DNA of 64,000 bases from Octopus vulgaris (taxonomy: Eukaryota): NCBI GenBank assembly GCA_951406725.2, contig OX597838.1, forward strand, positions 15,004,001 through 15,068,000, written 5' to 3'. Positions 27,863-42,231 of this stretch are shown piece after piece. Made by a program: the position numbers and the translations under genes. The notes under the pieces are model-generated. The model had not been told where the DNA came from, searched no databases, and was given only the letters and a program-made list of their open reading frames with translations. How positions within the stretch are numbered: the stretch's first letter is position 1; the number at the start of each line of letters is the position of its first letter.

Positions 27863-27890
27863 TAATAAAAACAATAATAATAATAATAAC

Positions 27891-27960
<70 letters not shown>
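27440..27960. repeat. Long (AAT)n/(AAC)n tract; similar at 62145-62430
   Basis: Visible directly. Confidence 0.98.
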
Positions 27961-27961
<1 letters not shown>

Positions 27962-28495
27962 GAATAAAAAAAGACGAGAAAAATAAACTAAGAAAAAAAC
28001 GGGGAACAGAAAAACAGAAGAATAATAAATAATAAATAATAAAATAATATAAAATAGAATAATAAAATAGAGCGAAAGCAGAAAGAGAAAAATAAATAGA
28101 TAGAAAAAAAAAAAGAATAGAAAAATGGTAAACCTGCAATATCTTAGATCAGCGATCTAAGAACAAAAGTTTAAAAAAATCTGCTTCTTTTTTTTTAGAA
28201 GGAATCACAGCTAAATTCGTCAACATATTGTTTACCATTGATAAGAATTTGAGAAAGAAGGAACGAGTTTTTTAAGTCTTTGTTCACCGCAGCAAATGTT
28301 TTATTCATTCCCAGTAGAAAGAAGCAGGTGAAAATATCCTTAACAGAACCAATGCCACTCGCAGTGGAACCTCAAAAGAAACGTATTAATTCTCAGGAGG
28401 CGAGAAACATTTGCTGAAAGACTGGTATTTCGAAAAAAAAAATGATGATAATAAATAAACGGCGATGAAAGAGAAAAAGTTTTTTGCTTTCTTCG

Positions 28496-28556
<61 letters not shown>

Positions 28557-28769
28557 TTTAGATGTGACATGTGTGTATTATATATATATATGTGTGTGTG
28601 TGTGTTGCGTTTCAGTATGTGAGAGACAGGATAGGTGAGAGAATTGATTTTTGCTAGGTTATGCGAAGTACACCGAAGAATATGCATTCCATATTAACTG
28701 TAACAGAGGTTACCATACCATATGGTAGCAGCAGCAGCAGCAGTAGCAGTAATAGTTGTTGTTGTTCTT

Positions 28770-28822
<53 letters not shown>

Positions 28823-28983
28823 CGCAGCAGCAGTGGTGGTAGCAGTAGTAATAGTAGTAGTCTTAGACACAAAGCCAGAGAATTTTGGGGAGAAGAAAAA
28901 AAACAGTCGATCAGACAAAAAAATGTATTGCGGATTCCTCGTGCAACAGGTAACTCTTTAGTTGCTACCTCTTTTATTTAGAC

Positions 28984-29205
28984 CAATGTTTCTCAATTAT
29001 TTTTTACCTATGGACCCCTTTGATTCTTATTCTATTCGGGTGAACCCTCAAAGTCATTTGATGTGTAAAAATATTCTATTATATTTTTATAATCAAATAT
29101 TATTAAGAACTGTATAAAAAAATTTATAATTTATAAGTATAATCAATTTCTAGCAGATAAATTTTAACAACAAAATCTTACATGGACCTCGGTTGAGAAC
29201 CAATG
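28984..29205. mobile_element. hAT (Charlie-like) MITE
   Basis: 8-bp TSD atttagac at 28976-28983 and 29206-29213; ends caatgtttctcaa/ttgagaaccaatg resemble CAGTGGTTCTCAA TIRs. Confidence 0.85.
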
Positions 29206-30344
29206 ATTTAGACCAATGGGAAACTAGTATTATGTCAGCCAAAATGGCTGACATAATATTAGTTTCTTAGCTCTCGCCTGGACAGGATAAGGACAATTTC
29301 CCAGTAGAACGTCGGTCGTTAAAACCATGTGACAGAATCAGTTGTTTGTGCTATGTTAAATAACAAGAGACGTTTAACTGAATGAAAAACCAATTTGCTG
29401 TAATATCTATTTCATTAGATTACAACCACGTCCATTAATTTTGCTTCTATTTACTTAAAGCACAATCCATTGGTATCACATGAGACATTGCACTTTTAAC
29501 CGAACTAATATTTACCACATTATTTCTTACAAGGAATGCGTCGTGCTGACAGAGCCGTTAACGCGCTGGACAAACTTCCAAGCGTAATTTCTTTCGACCT
29601 TTTATATTCTAGGTTCAAATACTGCCAAGTTCAACTTTGCTTTTCATCCTTTGAGAGCGATACAATAAAGTACCATTTAAGTACTGGAACCAATGTAATC
29701 GACCAACCCGCTCTCCCAAAATTTCAGGCCTTGTGCCTATAGTAGGAGAGATTACTATTTTTTATTAATTAAAGCAGCAACATGGCAAAATCGTCAGCAT
29801 ATCAAATTGCTCAGCGGCATTTCTTCAGACACGATGTTCTTAGATCAAATTCCGTCTTTGCCATTCGTCCTTTCGGGGTCAACAGTCAAATACTAGGGTC
29901 GATGTAATCGACTACTCTTCCTTCTACAATTGCTGACCTTGTGCCAAGATTAGAAAGGGTTATTCTATACAAGGCATAGTTTTTTTTTACTGCAGCCATA
30001 GTTCCCGTGAACAACAAAACTACTAAATACCCAGTGACATATGAAGTACCCCAGAACAGAACACAGTTACACAGTTTCTGTACGCATTATAGAAATACTC
30101 ACTCTGCTACCCAACTCTGACAAACATAAAAAGCACAATATGTACGAAAAATGTTATATAGGGAAAGGTAACTTCCAGTGCTGGTTCTAACTGTTGTGCA
30201 AAATCTGTAGAGAAAACAATAAAAAGCCATTGATTAGCACTGCTTACTCACATGTCACACAGTATTGTCTTGTAAGCTTTCAATATACTTGGTAATATGC
30301 TATGGTTGAATAATGAAACGCGGTGTCCCTACCAGCAATTTAAA

Positions 30345-30663
30345 GACTCCGCCGGTTACGACGACGAGGGTCCCAGCTGATACGATCAACGGAACAGCTT
30401 GCTCGTGAAATTAACGTGCAAATGGCTGAGCATTCCACAGACACGTGTACCCTTAACGTAGTTCTCGGGGATAATCAGCGTGACACAGAGAGTGACAAGG
30501 CTGACCCTTTGAAATACAAGTACAACTCATTTTTGCCAGCTGAGTGGACTGGAGCAACGTGAAATAAAGTGTCTTGCTCAAGGACACAACGCGTCGCCGG
30601 GAATCGAACTCACAACCTTACGATCATGAGCCGAATGCCCTAACCACTAAGCCACGCGCCCTC
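30345..30663 (-). mobile_element. SINE-B with tail type 1 and 14-bp TSD
   Basis: TSD ccctaccagcaatt at ~30327-30340 and ~30667-30680; near-identical to 45483-45800. Confidence 0.92.
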
Positions 30664-32019
30664 ACTCCCTACCAGCAATTAATATCTTGCTGAGACCCCC
30701 TTCGGTCATGACTGACCATGCGAATTGCACCTAGAATGTTACCCTCCCAGGCACGAGTCCGGGCAAGGTTGTTTATGGAAGACCAGCAGTCGCCCATGCA
30801 TACCCCTCTCCACGCCACCAATGTTATCCAAGGGAAACGCAAGGGCCAATACAGCTTGGCACCCGTGACGTCGCAACTCATTTCTACAGCTGAGCGAACT
30901 GTTATTTACTAAACACTAAATTTGCCTTTGATTCTTCCGGGGTCTGTAAGATAAAGTTCGACTCTGTTACAGGAACTGATTATATAATCGACTGTTCTTA
31001 GCCCTCAAAAATTTACACTCTGAAATATCTAAAACATCCCTGACCCATGAGCCCCAAACAATGTGTCGTGATGTGCGCTACCAATTATCAGTACTAAAGA
31101 ATACTAACTATTGCACTATGACTGAGACTACTTCACCTGTCACAGACGCAGCCACTGCCAGAATTTTTGTGGGTACAGAAATAGACAGGGTAGTGGTGAG
31201 GGTTCAGTGTGTCACAAGTATTATGGTGCACCCTATATGATTCATTACTGCACGTCGAGGTATGTTTTGTAGGCTTCAACCAAGAAGAGATATGGTAGAA
31301 TTGGGAAATGGATTTGGGACTCGCGCACCTCATCCATCAGCCGAGTAGCTTTGAGCCATAGGACTTACTGGATCAGATCTGTCCTGGGGCTCCAAAACAA
31401 CCGTATCACAGTTTCACCGCTATTAAAAGCCCTCTAAAATAGTGCCACTATACGATACTTTAATAAAAGTAAAGCAACCGATGGACATAGTATTGATTTC
31501 AAATCTTGACACAAGGCCAGCAACTTCGGAGGAGGGGGTAAGTCAATTACATCGACCCCAGTATTCAACTAGTACTTTTTTTTATCGACCTCGAAAGGAA
31601 AAAGACAAAGACGACCTCGGCGGAGTTTGAACTCAGAACATAAAGACGGGTGAAATGTCACTAAACTTTTTGGCCGGAGCACTAACGATTCCGCCCGCTT
31701 GCTGCCTTTTGGTTTCAAATTTTGGCAGGAGACTAGAAGGTTCGGGGGAGAAGGGGTAAGACAATTTACATTGCTCCCAGCGTTCAACTGGTACTTTTTT
31801 TCATCGGTCTCGAAAGGAGAAAAGGCAAAGTCGACCACGGCGGAATTTGAACTCAGAACGTAAGGACGGGCGAAAATGCCGCTAAGCATTTTGCCCGGCG
31901 TGCCAACGATTCTGCCAGCTCGTCCACCTAAACTGATAATTACTTTATTGAAACGTCATCACCACGACAGCGTCCATATGGTCTCTTGACCAAACTAGAA
32001 AAAGACAACCATATCTCCC

Positions 32020-32135
32020 TCAAATCACACACTACACCACAACTGCCACCACCACCACCACAGCAACACTTCACTACCACTATACCACACACTGCATCAC
32101 CATTATAGAACACTACCACAACTGCCACCACCACC

Positions 32136-32207
<72 letters not shown>

Positions 32208-32474
32208 GCCACGCCATACCATCACTTATTACTCCGCACGACCACACCGCCAATAAACTATCAGCCGTACTACGGCGTCACTACCACCACCGCTACGTCA
32301 CCACCACCATCACCACTACCGCCACCACTACAACCATCACCACCACAACCACTACAACCAATACAGTTGTATTGCAGCTGTTGCTAACACTAATAACTAT
32401 ATTAATATTTATGGCGATTTACTAATATAACCTGATATTGTTTTGCTGTGTCGACACTGCTGCTGCTGCTGCTG

Positions 32475-32515
<41 letters not shown>

Positions 32516-32628
32516 GTTTTTACTTTTACTGCCCCACCCCACCCCGCAGAAACTCCATAACTACCGACATCAACGCCGACGCCATTGCTATTACTAATAA
32601 TGATACTACCAACTACCACCACCACCAT

Positions 32629-32661
<33 letters not shown>

Positions 32662-32825
32662 AATCGTCACTACCGTTACCACCACACTACTACCTCCACC
32701 ACTACTACTATCTTCACCACCATCGCCACCACTGCCACCACCACCATTATTCCTACGACTATCACCACTATTTCTTCCCTCACGACTACCACTGCTACAA
32801 GTATGCAACCACCATCAAAATCGCC

Positions 32826-32878
<53 letters not shown>

Positions 32879-32903
32879 TATCATCATCATCATCATCATC
32901 ATT

Positions 32904-32961
<58 letters not shown>

Positions 32962-33031
32962 CCATCATCACCATCATCATCATCATCACCATCATCATTA
33001 TCATTATCATCATCATCATTATCATAATCCT

Positions 33032-33063
<32 letters not shown>

Positions 33064-33293
33064 CCATCACCATCACCATCAAAATCATCATCATCATCAT
33101 CCTCATTATCATCATTATCATCATCGTCGTCGTCATCACCACGTCGACGCCATTGCTAGTTTTATACTAACGCAGTCGCCCATCACTACCACCATCACTA
33201 CCGCCTGCATCGCCGCATCATCATCATCATCATCATCACCACCACCACCACCACCACCACCACCATCATCAACATCATCATCACCATCATCAC

Positions 33294-33333
<40 letters not shown>

Positions 33334-33650
33334 GACACCGCCATCACCACCACAAATGCCACCACTACCACCTGCACGCATCCCCCGTCGCCATCACTAT
33401 TACTACAACCACCACCATCATCAACAACAACAACAACAACAGCAACAGCAACATGACTACGGTCTCAACTGTACTACCACCTGCGCCACCACTACCACAA
33501 TCGCCACCGTCGCCGCCGCCATCACCATCAAAAACAGAACCAAATTTTGCCTAGTGTCATGTTGATAACTTATTCATAATCATTTCTATGCCGCCGCCGA
33601 TGCCACCATCGCCATTGCTGCCGCCGCCGCCTTCGCCACTGCCGCTCTCG
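32020..33650. repeat. Compound trinucleotide tract (CAC/TAC/CAT/CAA/GCC)n; similar at 50050-50420
   Basis: Visible directly; yields poly-His/Ser/Thr pseudo-ORFs in several frames. Confidence 0.95.
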
Positions 33651-33826
33651 TCCATCTCTAAAGTTCCACCACTGTCCAAGTTCCGTCAATATATATTTGA
33701 TGATTGTTTCATAAATATATAATGACCAACAGACTGACAAAATGGAACTTCTCTCAATCCAATTTTTACTCGTTTGTTGCTGTAATAACAGTCACTTCTC
33801 TCTTTCTCCCTCTCTCACTTTCTCTT

Positions 33827-33904
<78 letters not shown>

Positions 33905-34124
33905 GAATTGAAGTTCAGTTGCCATACGTACACGCACGCTCGGTTCTCTACGTAGTCGCTGGACTTGGAAGAAATAGCAGTTAAACCTACATCAAAAACA
34001 CTCCTGCAGTCTTCGTAGTTCAGGGTTCTTTACACTGGAATACCTTCGATCATAGACGACTGATCGTTTAACAGAGATCTGGGCCTGAACAACATCATAT
34101 ACGAGGGCGGGGTGCTACAAAGTT

Positions 34125-34521
34125 ACACAAATACATGTATAAATATATATATAGGGAAAGTTTACGAAAAAAACAAAAGACGAAGACAGGTGGTGTACAA
34201 AACAAACAGATGTATTAGTATAACGCTCAGGAATAGAAAAAGTCTTTTACGTTTCGAGCCTAATATGTACAGATACATACATACGAGGTGGGGCTGAAAA
34301 GTTTCCGGATTTAAGGGTATTGTGAAAAGCCTGGTTGAAGGCCCAACCTTCCAAATTCTCTTACAGGGCTTAGAAAAGCTGAAGGACCACTGCAATAAGT
34401 GTGTGAACTTGAGTCGGAGAATACCTTGAATAAAATCATAATTAACTGATCCTCATGTATTTTTTTAACCCAAAGCCAGAAACTTTTCAGCACCACCTGG
34501 AATATACACAAATACATGTGT

Positions 34522-34610
<89 letters not shown>

Positions 34611-35373
34611 TGGCTGTGTGGTAAGTAGCTTGTTTACCAACCACATGGTTCCGGGTTCAGTCTCACTGCGTGGCACCTTGGGCAAGTGTCTTCTACTATA
34701 GCTTCGGGCCGACCAAAGCCTTGTGAGTGGATTTGGTAGACGGAAACTGAAAGAAGCCTGTCGTATATATGTATATATACATGTATGTGTGTGTATGTCT
34801 GTGTCTGTGTTTGTCCCCCCACCATCGCTTGACAACCGATGCTGGTGTGTTTACGTCCCCGTCACTTAGCGGTATGGCAAAAAGAGACCGATAGAATAAG
34901 TACTGGGCTTACAAAGAATAAGTCCTGGGGTCGATTTGCTCGACTAAAGGTGGTGCTCCAGCATGGCCGCAGTCAAATGACTGAAACAATTAAAAGAGTT
35001 AAAAGAGTTATATAGGGAAAGTTTACGAAAAAAAACAAAAGACGAAGACAGGTGGTGTACAAAACAAACAGATGTATTAGTATAACGCTCAAGAATAGAA
35101 AAAGTCTTTTACGTTTCGAGCCTAATATGTACAGATACATACATACGGGGTGGGGCTGAAAAGTTTCTGGATTTAAGGGTTTGCGAAAGACCTGGTTGAA
35201 GGCCCAACCTTCCAAGTTCTCTTACAGGGCTTATAAAAGCTGAAGGACCGCTGCAATAAGTGTGTGAACTTGAGTCGGAGAATACCTTGAATAAAATCAT
35301 AATTAACTGATCCTCATGTATTTTTTAAACCCAAAGCCAGAAACTTTTCAGCACCACCTGGAATATACACAAA
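34125..35373. repeat. ~380-bp tandem duplication; second unit interrupted by SINE-C
   Basis: 34148-34512 is near-identical to 35010-35373; acacaaatacatgt recurs at 34125 and 34506. Confidence 0.85.
34282..34500 (+). mobile_element. Mariner-derived MITE (~220 bp); copies at 35145-35361, 35376-35598, 38612-38829, 39184-39353, 60012-60210(-)
   Basis: TIR tacgagggggtgctgaaaagtt / aacttttcagcaccccctcgta; internal transposase C-terminus reads approximately GLEKLKDRCNKCVNLRGEYV. Confidence 0.88.
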
Positions 35374-35679
35374 CGTATGAAGGGGTGTTGAAAAGCTCCG
35401 AGTTTTAAGGGTGTTGTGAAAGGCGTGATTGGAGGTCCAAATTTCTGAGTTCTTTTGCAAGACATAGAAAAACTGAAAGACTTATGCAATAAGTGTGTGA
35501 ATCTTAGAGGGGAATATGTTCAATAGAATCATAACCAAACTAATCCTCCTGTATTGTCTTTTCCCCAAAGCCAGGAACTTTTCAGCCCCTCCCTCGTACG
35601 ATAGGAATATAAAATGTAGGAGGGGTGGTCTCACAATTAACGGTGATCATATCCACAGACTGAGTCTCAGCCTCTGCAA

Positions 35680-35962
35680 GAGAGGTTCCCAAAATGGACG
35701 ATACGCCCTCCTCCCCATTCCACCCTGATGGCGGCGGAAAGATCCAGGGGGCGTTAAAGAAAAGTGGGGGTAGATAATGAGGTAAACACCCTAAACCCCC
35801 CCCCCAATAATTGGCTAATTAAGTTAAGTTTTGTGAAGTACAGTTGTTTTGAATTTATTGCAGAAAGTGTTTTATGTTTGTGGTAGTGAGTTGCTGTGGG
35901 GCGTGAGGAATGTGACCGGGGTGCCAAGGGGGCCTCAGCCTGAACAAATTTGGGAACCGCTT
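35680..35962. mobile_element. hAT-like MITE
   Basis: TIR ggttcccaaa/tttgggaacc; TSD ctctgcaa versus ctctgcga. Confidence 0.65.
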
Positions 35963-36894
35963 CTCTGCGACAACAACAATAACAATAATAATAACGATGG
36001 TTTCTGATTTAGGCACAAGGCCAGCAATTTTAAAGCGGAGGGGTAGGGTTAGTCGATACTATCGAGTTAACTATTTGACAGGTACTTTATTTTATCGACT
36101 TCAAAGGGATGAAAGGCAAAGTTGACCTCAACAGGATTTGAAGTCAACATAAAGAGCCGAAACGAACACCACAAGGTATTTTTTTTCAGACGTTCTAATG
36201 TCCGGAGACAAATGTTATTTCGAGCATATGCCAGAAATTTAGGGGAAGGGTTTAGCCGAATACATCGACTGCATTTTATCGACCCTGGAAGAAGGAAAGA
36301 CAAAGCTGAACTCGGCAGGGTTTGAACTCGGAATGCAAAGAGTCTGAAGAAATACTGCAAAGTACTTTCTGACACTATAACGATTCAGCCAGTTCTCTGC
36401 TTAATTGTGGTTTCAAATTTTGACACAGAACCAGTAATTTAGGGGGAAGAGGAGTAAGTTGATTACCTCATTCTAACGGGGTCGATAAAATAAGTACCAA
36501 AGTACCAATTGAACATTGGTACTGATCTTATCGATCACTATATGATGAAAGGCGAAGACGACCTCGGTGGAATTCGAACACAGAACGTAAAGACGGGCGA
36601 AATTCCGCTAAGTATTTTTCCCGGCGTGTTAACGATTCTGCCACCTCACCGCCTTAGTTCTCTGCTTAATAATGATAATAATGGTTTCAAATTTTGGCAC
36701 AAGGCCAGCAATTCTCGGAGAGGGGCTAAGTTAATCAAACTGACCTCAGTGTTCAGCTCGTACTTATTTTATCGACCCCGAAAGGTTGAAAGACAAAGTC
36801 GACACCGGTGGCATTTGAACCCAGAACATAAAGACGGTTTTAAATTGATGCTAATCAAATTAATATCCAATTTTCCACCCTCATTTTACTTTTA

Positions 36895-37029
<135 letters not shown>

Positions 37030-37172
37030 AAGGGAAAGTTTACGAAAATAAACAAAGTACCAAGGCAGGTGGAGTACAAACAAACAAATGTATTAGTATA
37101 GCGCTCAGGAATAGAAAAAGTCTTTTACGTTTCGAGCCTACGCTCTTCGACAGAAAGATACACAGAAAAAAT
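37030..37172 (-). mobile_element. Penelope-like terminal repeat fragment; copies at 34152-34262, 35013-35123 and 39000-39155 (opposite strand)
   Basis: Shared sequence containing hammerhead-like gaagagc-gtag-gctc-gaaacg; sits in (TA)n. Confidence 0.55.
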
Positions 37173-37176
37173 ACTC

Positions 37177-37211
<35 letters not shown>

Positions 37212-37522
37212 GGAATAAAATATCCAGGCGGGTGCCGTAAGAACTCTCAAGTAGGGTTAAAGTTCCGGCTGACTGCATCAAGTAGTAAGAAGCATCAGGG
37301 GTGAGTAATCCCACTATAATACTTCTGATAGGTTAATCCCGGCTTCACTTCACTGGATTATAAATATTTTCGGAAGTGTTAATCCAAAACGATTACAGAG
37401 AATGTGGAAAGACACCGAATGACGGTGCATCGCAGAATGTTGTGGATTGCATATGCAACGGCACGGTCTCTATGCTGCAGCAACCCGTGTCGGTCATTTT
37501 AATCAATTATGCTGTATAGTTA

Positions 37523-37871
37523 CGGAGATGTACTTACATAGCAGGTGACCTGATCTGAGATCGTATGCTGAAACGAAAACAATTGCAGCGTGGAAGGTGT
37601 TTGTAAGCCATTTAAGAAACACACAAAAGCCGTTCGATTCACTTCAACATTTAAGTTTAATTTGCCAAAATATTTTCGTTGCTTTAAGACCGCGACCTGT
37701 TCACTGACAAAAATCCGTGCTGACACGGGTTTTTGAGCACGGATTTTTGTCAGTGAACAGGTCGCGGTCTTAAAGCGACGAAAATTTTTTGACAAATTAA
37801 ACTTAAATGTTGAAGTGAATCGAACGGCTTTTGTGTGTTTCTTAAATGGCTTACAAACACCTTCCACGCTA
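37523..37871. mobile_element. Palindromic insertion (135-bp arms, 14-nt spacer) with 8-bp TSD
   Basis: Arms 37587-37721 and 37736-37870; tatagtta at 37515-37522 and 37872-37879. Confidence 0.85.
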
Positions 37872-38221
37872 TATAGTTAACTGTTAAAATTAAATGAAAA
37901 AATTGAAGATGTACCTACCTTCGTGTTCTTTGTCATTGATTTGGATTTTCACTTCAGTGTGTGTGTGTGTGTGTATAAACAACATATATAAACCATGCCA
38001 GAGCTCACAGCGATACACAGACTTCATTACTAACATCCTAAGCTAAATTCCAATTCCTATGCAAGGCACGACCATTTCAATAACATGATCCAAACAGTAC
38101 GCCCTCTGCAACCAGAAAAATTCGTTATACAATAACCTCTGTATAAAATATTACGGTATACACTCCTATGAAACTAGGACCTGACACTATATCATCAACA
38201 GATCGCACACAACACACACAC

Positions 38222-38279
<58 letters not shown>

Positions 38280-38838
38280 ACACACACACACACACGCACA
38301 CACACACACATACACACACGCACATACACACACACACACACACATACACACACACTCTATACGACCTACGCGATCAGCAATGAAGTAAAACAACACACAC
38401 TCTTACATTACCGACACCTGACACTATACCATTCCATCAACTCAGACAACTCTCATTCTTCACAACTGCAATCCATTAGCACTACATCAAGCCACATACC
38501 TCATATTCTACACAATCACCATCTGGCATTGAAATACATAGCACCAAACACACAACAACGTATATAAAATACGAACACCACCTAACAAACTAATATAGCA
38601 GACATTGTACATACAAGGGAGTGCTGAAAACTTCCTGGCTTTAAGGGTGTCGCGAAAGGCTTGGTTGGAGGTCCAACCTTCCGAGTTCTTCTACAGGGCT
38701 TAGAAAACTGAACGACCGTTGCAATAAGCGTGTGAATCTGAGAGAGGAATATGTTAAATAAAATCATAATTAACTGATCCTCCTGAATTCCCTTTTACTC
38801 TAAGCCAGGAACTTTTCAGCACCACCTCAGAGAGAGAG

Positions 38839-38915
<77 letters not shown>

Positions 38916-39489
38916 TAGATAGATTAGATAGATAGATAGATAGATAGATAGATTACATAGATTAGATAGATTAGATAGATTAGATAGATAGATCGCTAGC
39001 CACTACACATTCTTCATTTTCTCGCCCTGTTTCTTTCTGTGTTCCTTTCTGTGGAAGAGCGTAGGCTCGAAACGTTAAAGACTTTTTCGCTTTCCGAGCG
39101 TTAACCTAATACATCTGTTTATTGTCTACACCACCTGTCTTCGTCTTTTGCTGTGTAAATATATATATACATATATACACATATATGAGGGGGTACTGAA
39201 AAGTTCCTGGCTTTAAGGGTATTGCGAAAGGCCTGATGGAGGCCCAACTTTCTGAGCTTTTTTACAAGGCTTAGAAAAATGTTGGATAAAATCATAATTA
39301 ACTTATCCTCCTCTTTTTTAATCCAAAGCCAGGAACTTTTCAACACCTCCTTGTGCTCAACATAACAGATGAAATACTTAAATTAGTAGCAGAAACAAGC
39401 CAATCACCTTAGCAGAAACAAGCCAATCACCGTAGCAAAGCAAAATTTATGTAATATACTAACACGGCTCTAGATTCCAATCGGACAGT

Positions 39490-39812
39490 GATACTCCGTC
39501 GTTTGCGGTGATGAGTGTTTCAGTTGATCCGATCATCAGAACAGCCTGCTCGTGGAATTAACATAAAAGTGGCTGAGCACTCTACAGACATGCGTACCCT
39601 TAACGTAGTTAGCTTTCTGGCATGTTCAGCATGACACAGAACGGGACAAGGCCCTTTGAAATACAGAGGTGCTACTCATCTTTGCTAGCTGAGTGGACTG
39701 AACCAATGTGAAATAAAGTGGTTTACTCAAGGACACAAGTCGCCGCCAGGGCTCGAACTCACCACCTTACGATCGTGTGTCAAATACCTTCACCACTTAG
39801 CCACGCGCCTTC
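39490..39812 (-). mobile_element. Older SINE-B, tail type 1
   Basis: Diverged match to 30345-30663. Confidence 0.8.
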
Positions 39813-40049
39813 ATGCTGCACGCTGGAACATGGGAGTTCAGCTGTAAAATACTTAGCGGCATTTCATACGATGCATCACGTTCTGAGTTCGAATTCCGCC
39901 CAGGTCAACTTTGTCTTTTAGCTTTTCGGAGGTCGATAAAATAAGTACCAGTACGACACTGTAATCGACTTGCCAACCTCCACACCAAAAAAAAAAAAAA
40001 AAAATTCAGGCCTTGTTCCAAAATTAAAAATAACTATTTATTATTTTTA

Positions 40050-40345
40050 TGCCCCCTTTCCAAGCCTAGCCAGGCTCATGGTCCCGGTTTCCCGGTTTCT
40101 GTGGCGTATGTGTTCCCTCCAGCTGGACGGGACGCCAGTCCATCGCAGCGTTACTCAAGAAACAGGAAGAGAGAGTGAGAGAAAGTTGGGGCGAAAGAGC
40201 ACAACAGGGGTCGCCACCACCCACTGCCGGAGCCTCGTGGAGCTTTAGGTGTTTTCGCACAATAAACATACACAACGCCCGGTCTGGGAATCGAAACCGC
40301 GATCCTCCGACCGCTGCCCTAACCACTGGGCCATTGCGCCTCCAC
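40050..40345 (-). mobile_element. SINE-A head with tail type 2
   Basis: A head joined to the gcgatggactggcgtcccgtccagctgg...gaaaccgggaaaccggg module also found in SINE-B at 10820-10925. Confidence 0.85.
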
Positions 40346-41198
40346 AGAAAGGACTATTACTAATATTATTGTTGTTGTCTTTTCTCAGAAAATAGCGTCT
40401 TTCCTATGCAATTACGAGAGAGTTAGACCTAAATAAATTCGCAACAACAATGTTATAAATTATGAATAACTGAAAAATCATGCAAACATATTTATCAACA
40501 TATTTATGTATAGATATACATTTATCTAACATCAACATAATGATATCAGAGAAAAGAAAATATATTCATTTCAATACGCATACACGCATAAATTTTTAAC
40601 AATTCTGTTTATATTATAACATGATATCGCTTTCATATTATATCATATAATTTTATATATATACTATACCATATTATACGTTATATTATATTACATTACA
40701 TTATATTGCATTATATCACATCACTGCATTACGGCCGTTTCAAGCGGCTCCATTTAATCGATCAATGTAAATATTACATCAATTTGAAATAAACCGCTCT
40801 CCTCAGAAGCAGGCGACTATATAAATTTCCAACATAAAGGATAAACCATTATTTTTTAACAAATATTCATCAGTACCTAGAGACTAAAATATTTACATTG
40901 TTTCCCTTTGCTGTGCTATTTTTGTGGCAAGAGAAATTTATTCATAACTTAGCCTCTGTTGTATAGAAATATACGTAATAATGCTCTCTTATAATCCCTA
41001 CCTTTTTAATCTGCGTTCCACCCATATTTATATCACATCAATTCCCTTCCGGTTCTAGGATTTTCTTCCCTATTATTTATAATATGTATATTTGAAATGG
41101 ATTACCAGATCTTACGCCTCCCTTAAGTATATTGTATGCCCCCAGTGAACTGTTATTATTCTACACATAACTGTGTCTATAATAACATATGTTATACA

Positions 41199-42231
41199 TC
41201 TTTATATATATAAAACTGAGAATGTGTGTCTGTCTGTGTTTCTGTCTGTCTGTGTGTTTCCCTAAAACTTGAGAACTACACAACCAAATTCATTCAAATT
41301 TTTTCACATGCCTTACTTAGGGTCCATTGTAGTTTCATGGGCCAAAAAAAAAATGTTCAACTTCTTGCCTAGAGCGAGCCCATAGCAATATCATATCTTC
41401 TCCACTATTTCAGTATTACGTGTTAAAAGTGAAACAAAAATATTTCTCTATTTTATGTCATATGCTTTCACTTTAACAATAAAAATAATAATAACAATTG
41501 AATTATATGTAGTAAGTAATAATTAAAATCAAACTAAAGTATAATATAATCGTTACATACAAAAGTAAAAATAGCAATTGGTATAAAATTGCATAAATGA
41601 TTTGAACTTGAATAAGTGGTTTCACATGAATGGGAATAAATTTAAATGGAATAGTCCAGATGGATAATAAAAAATTAAATTAAAGAAAAGACTATTGTCT
41701 ATAAAGTATACAATGTAGAGAAAAAAGAAGATTTGAACACATGGAGGCAAGCACCTTCGAAAAGTGTCTTGGTGCGACTATGAAAGATATCTAATCAGTG
41801 GCGGTAAATTGGCCACAATAGAAGCAAGGTTCGAGTCAACGGATCGTGCAAGGGAGTACTCGACTCGAACTTGCAAAGTGGAAATATTTTATTATTACCT
41901 TTATATCTGGGACGTAGGACGTCCCGGAAAAAAATTTTAATGCCCCCCACCCCGGTCCAGAAGTAGAGGTAGGCTGGATTGTAGCCACACTTCTATACAA
42001 GAGGGAGGACAAGATACAATTGATCGAAATTACAAGAGACGGGCTAACAATTCCAGTCTGTTATATATTTTGAGTATTGTTATCACTAGCGATATCAAGA
42101 TATAACTTTGTATTTTGCATTTTATGTGCAGATGTATATATATAGATGTACATGTAATATGTACACATATATATACACATATATACATGCACTAGCACTA
42201 TGACCCGGCAACGACGGGTCTTTAATGCTAG
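41199..42231 (+). mobile_element. Non-autonomous Helitron
   Basis: 5' TC after A, subterminal (GTCT)-type repeat, 3' hairpin gacccg...cgggtc, CTAG end followed by T; no TSD. Confidence 0.85.

Noticed and set aside
32443-33565. 326-aa poly-His/Pro/Ser ORF
   Set aside because: Compound trinucleotide tract open in several frames on both strands; no complex coding sequence.
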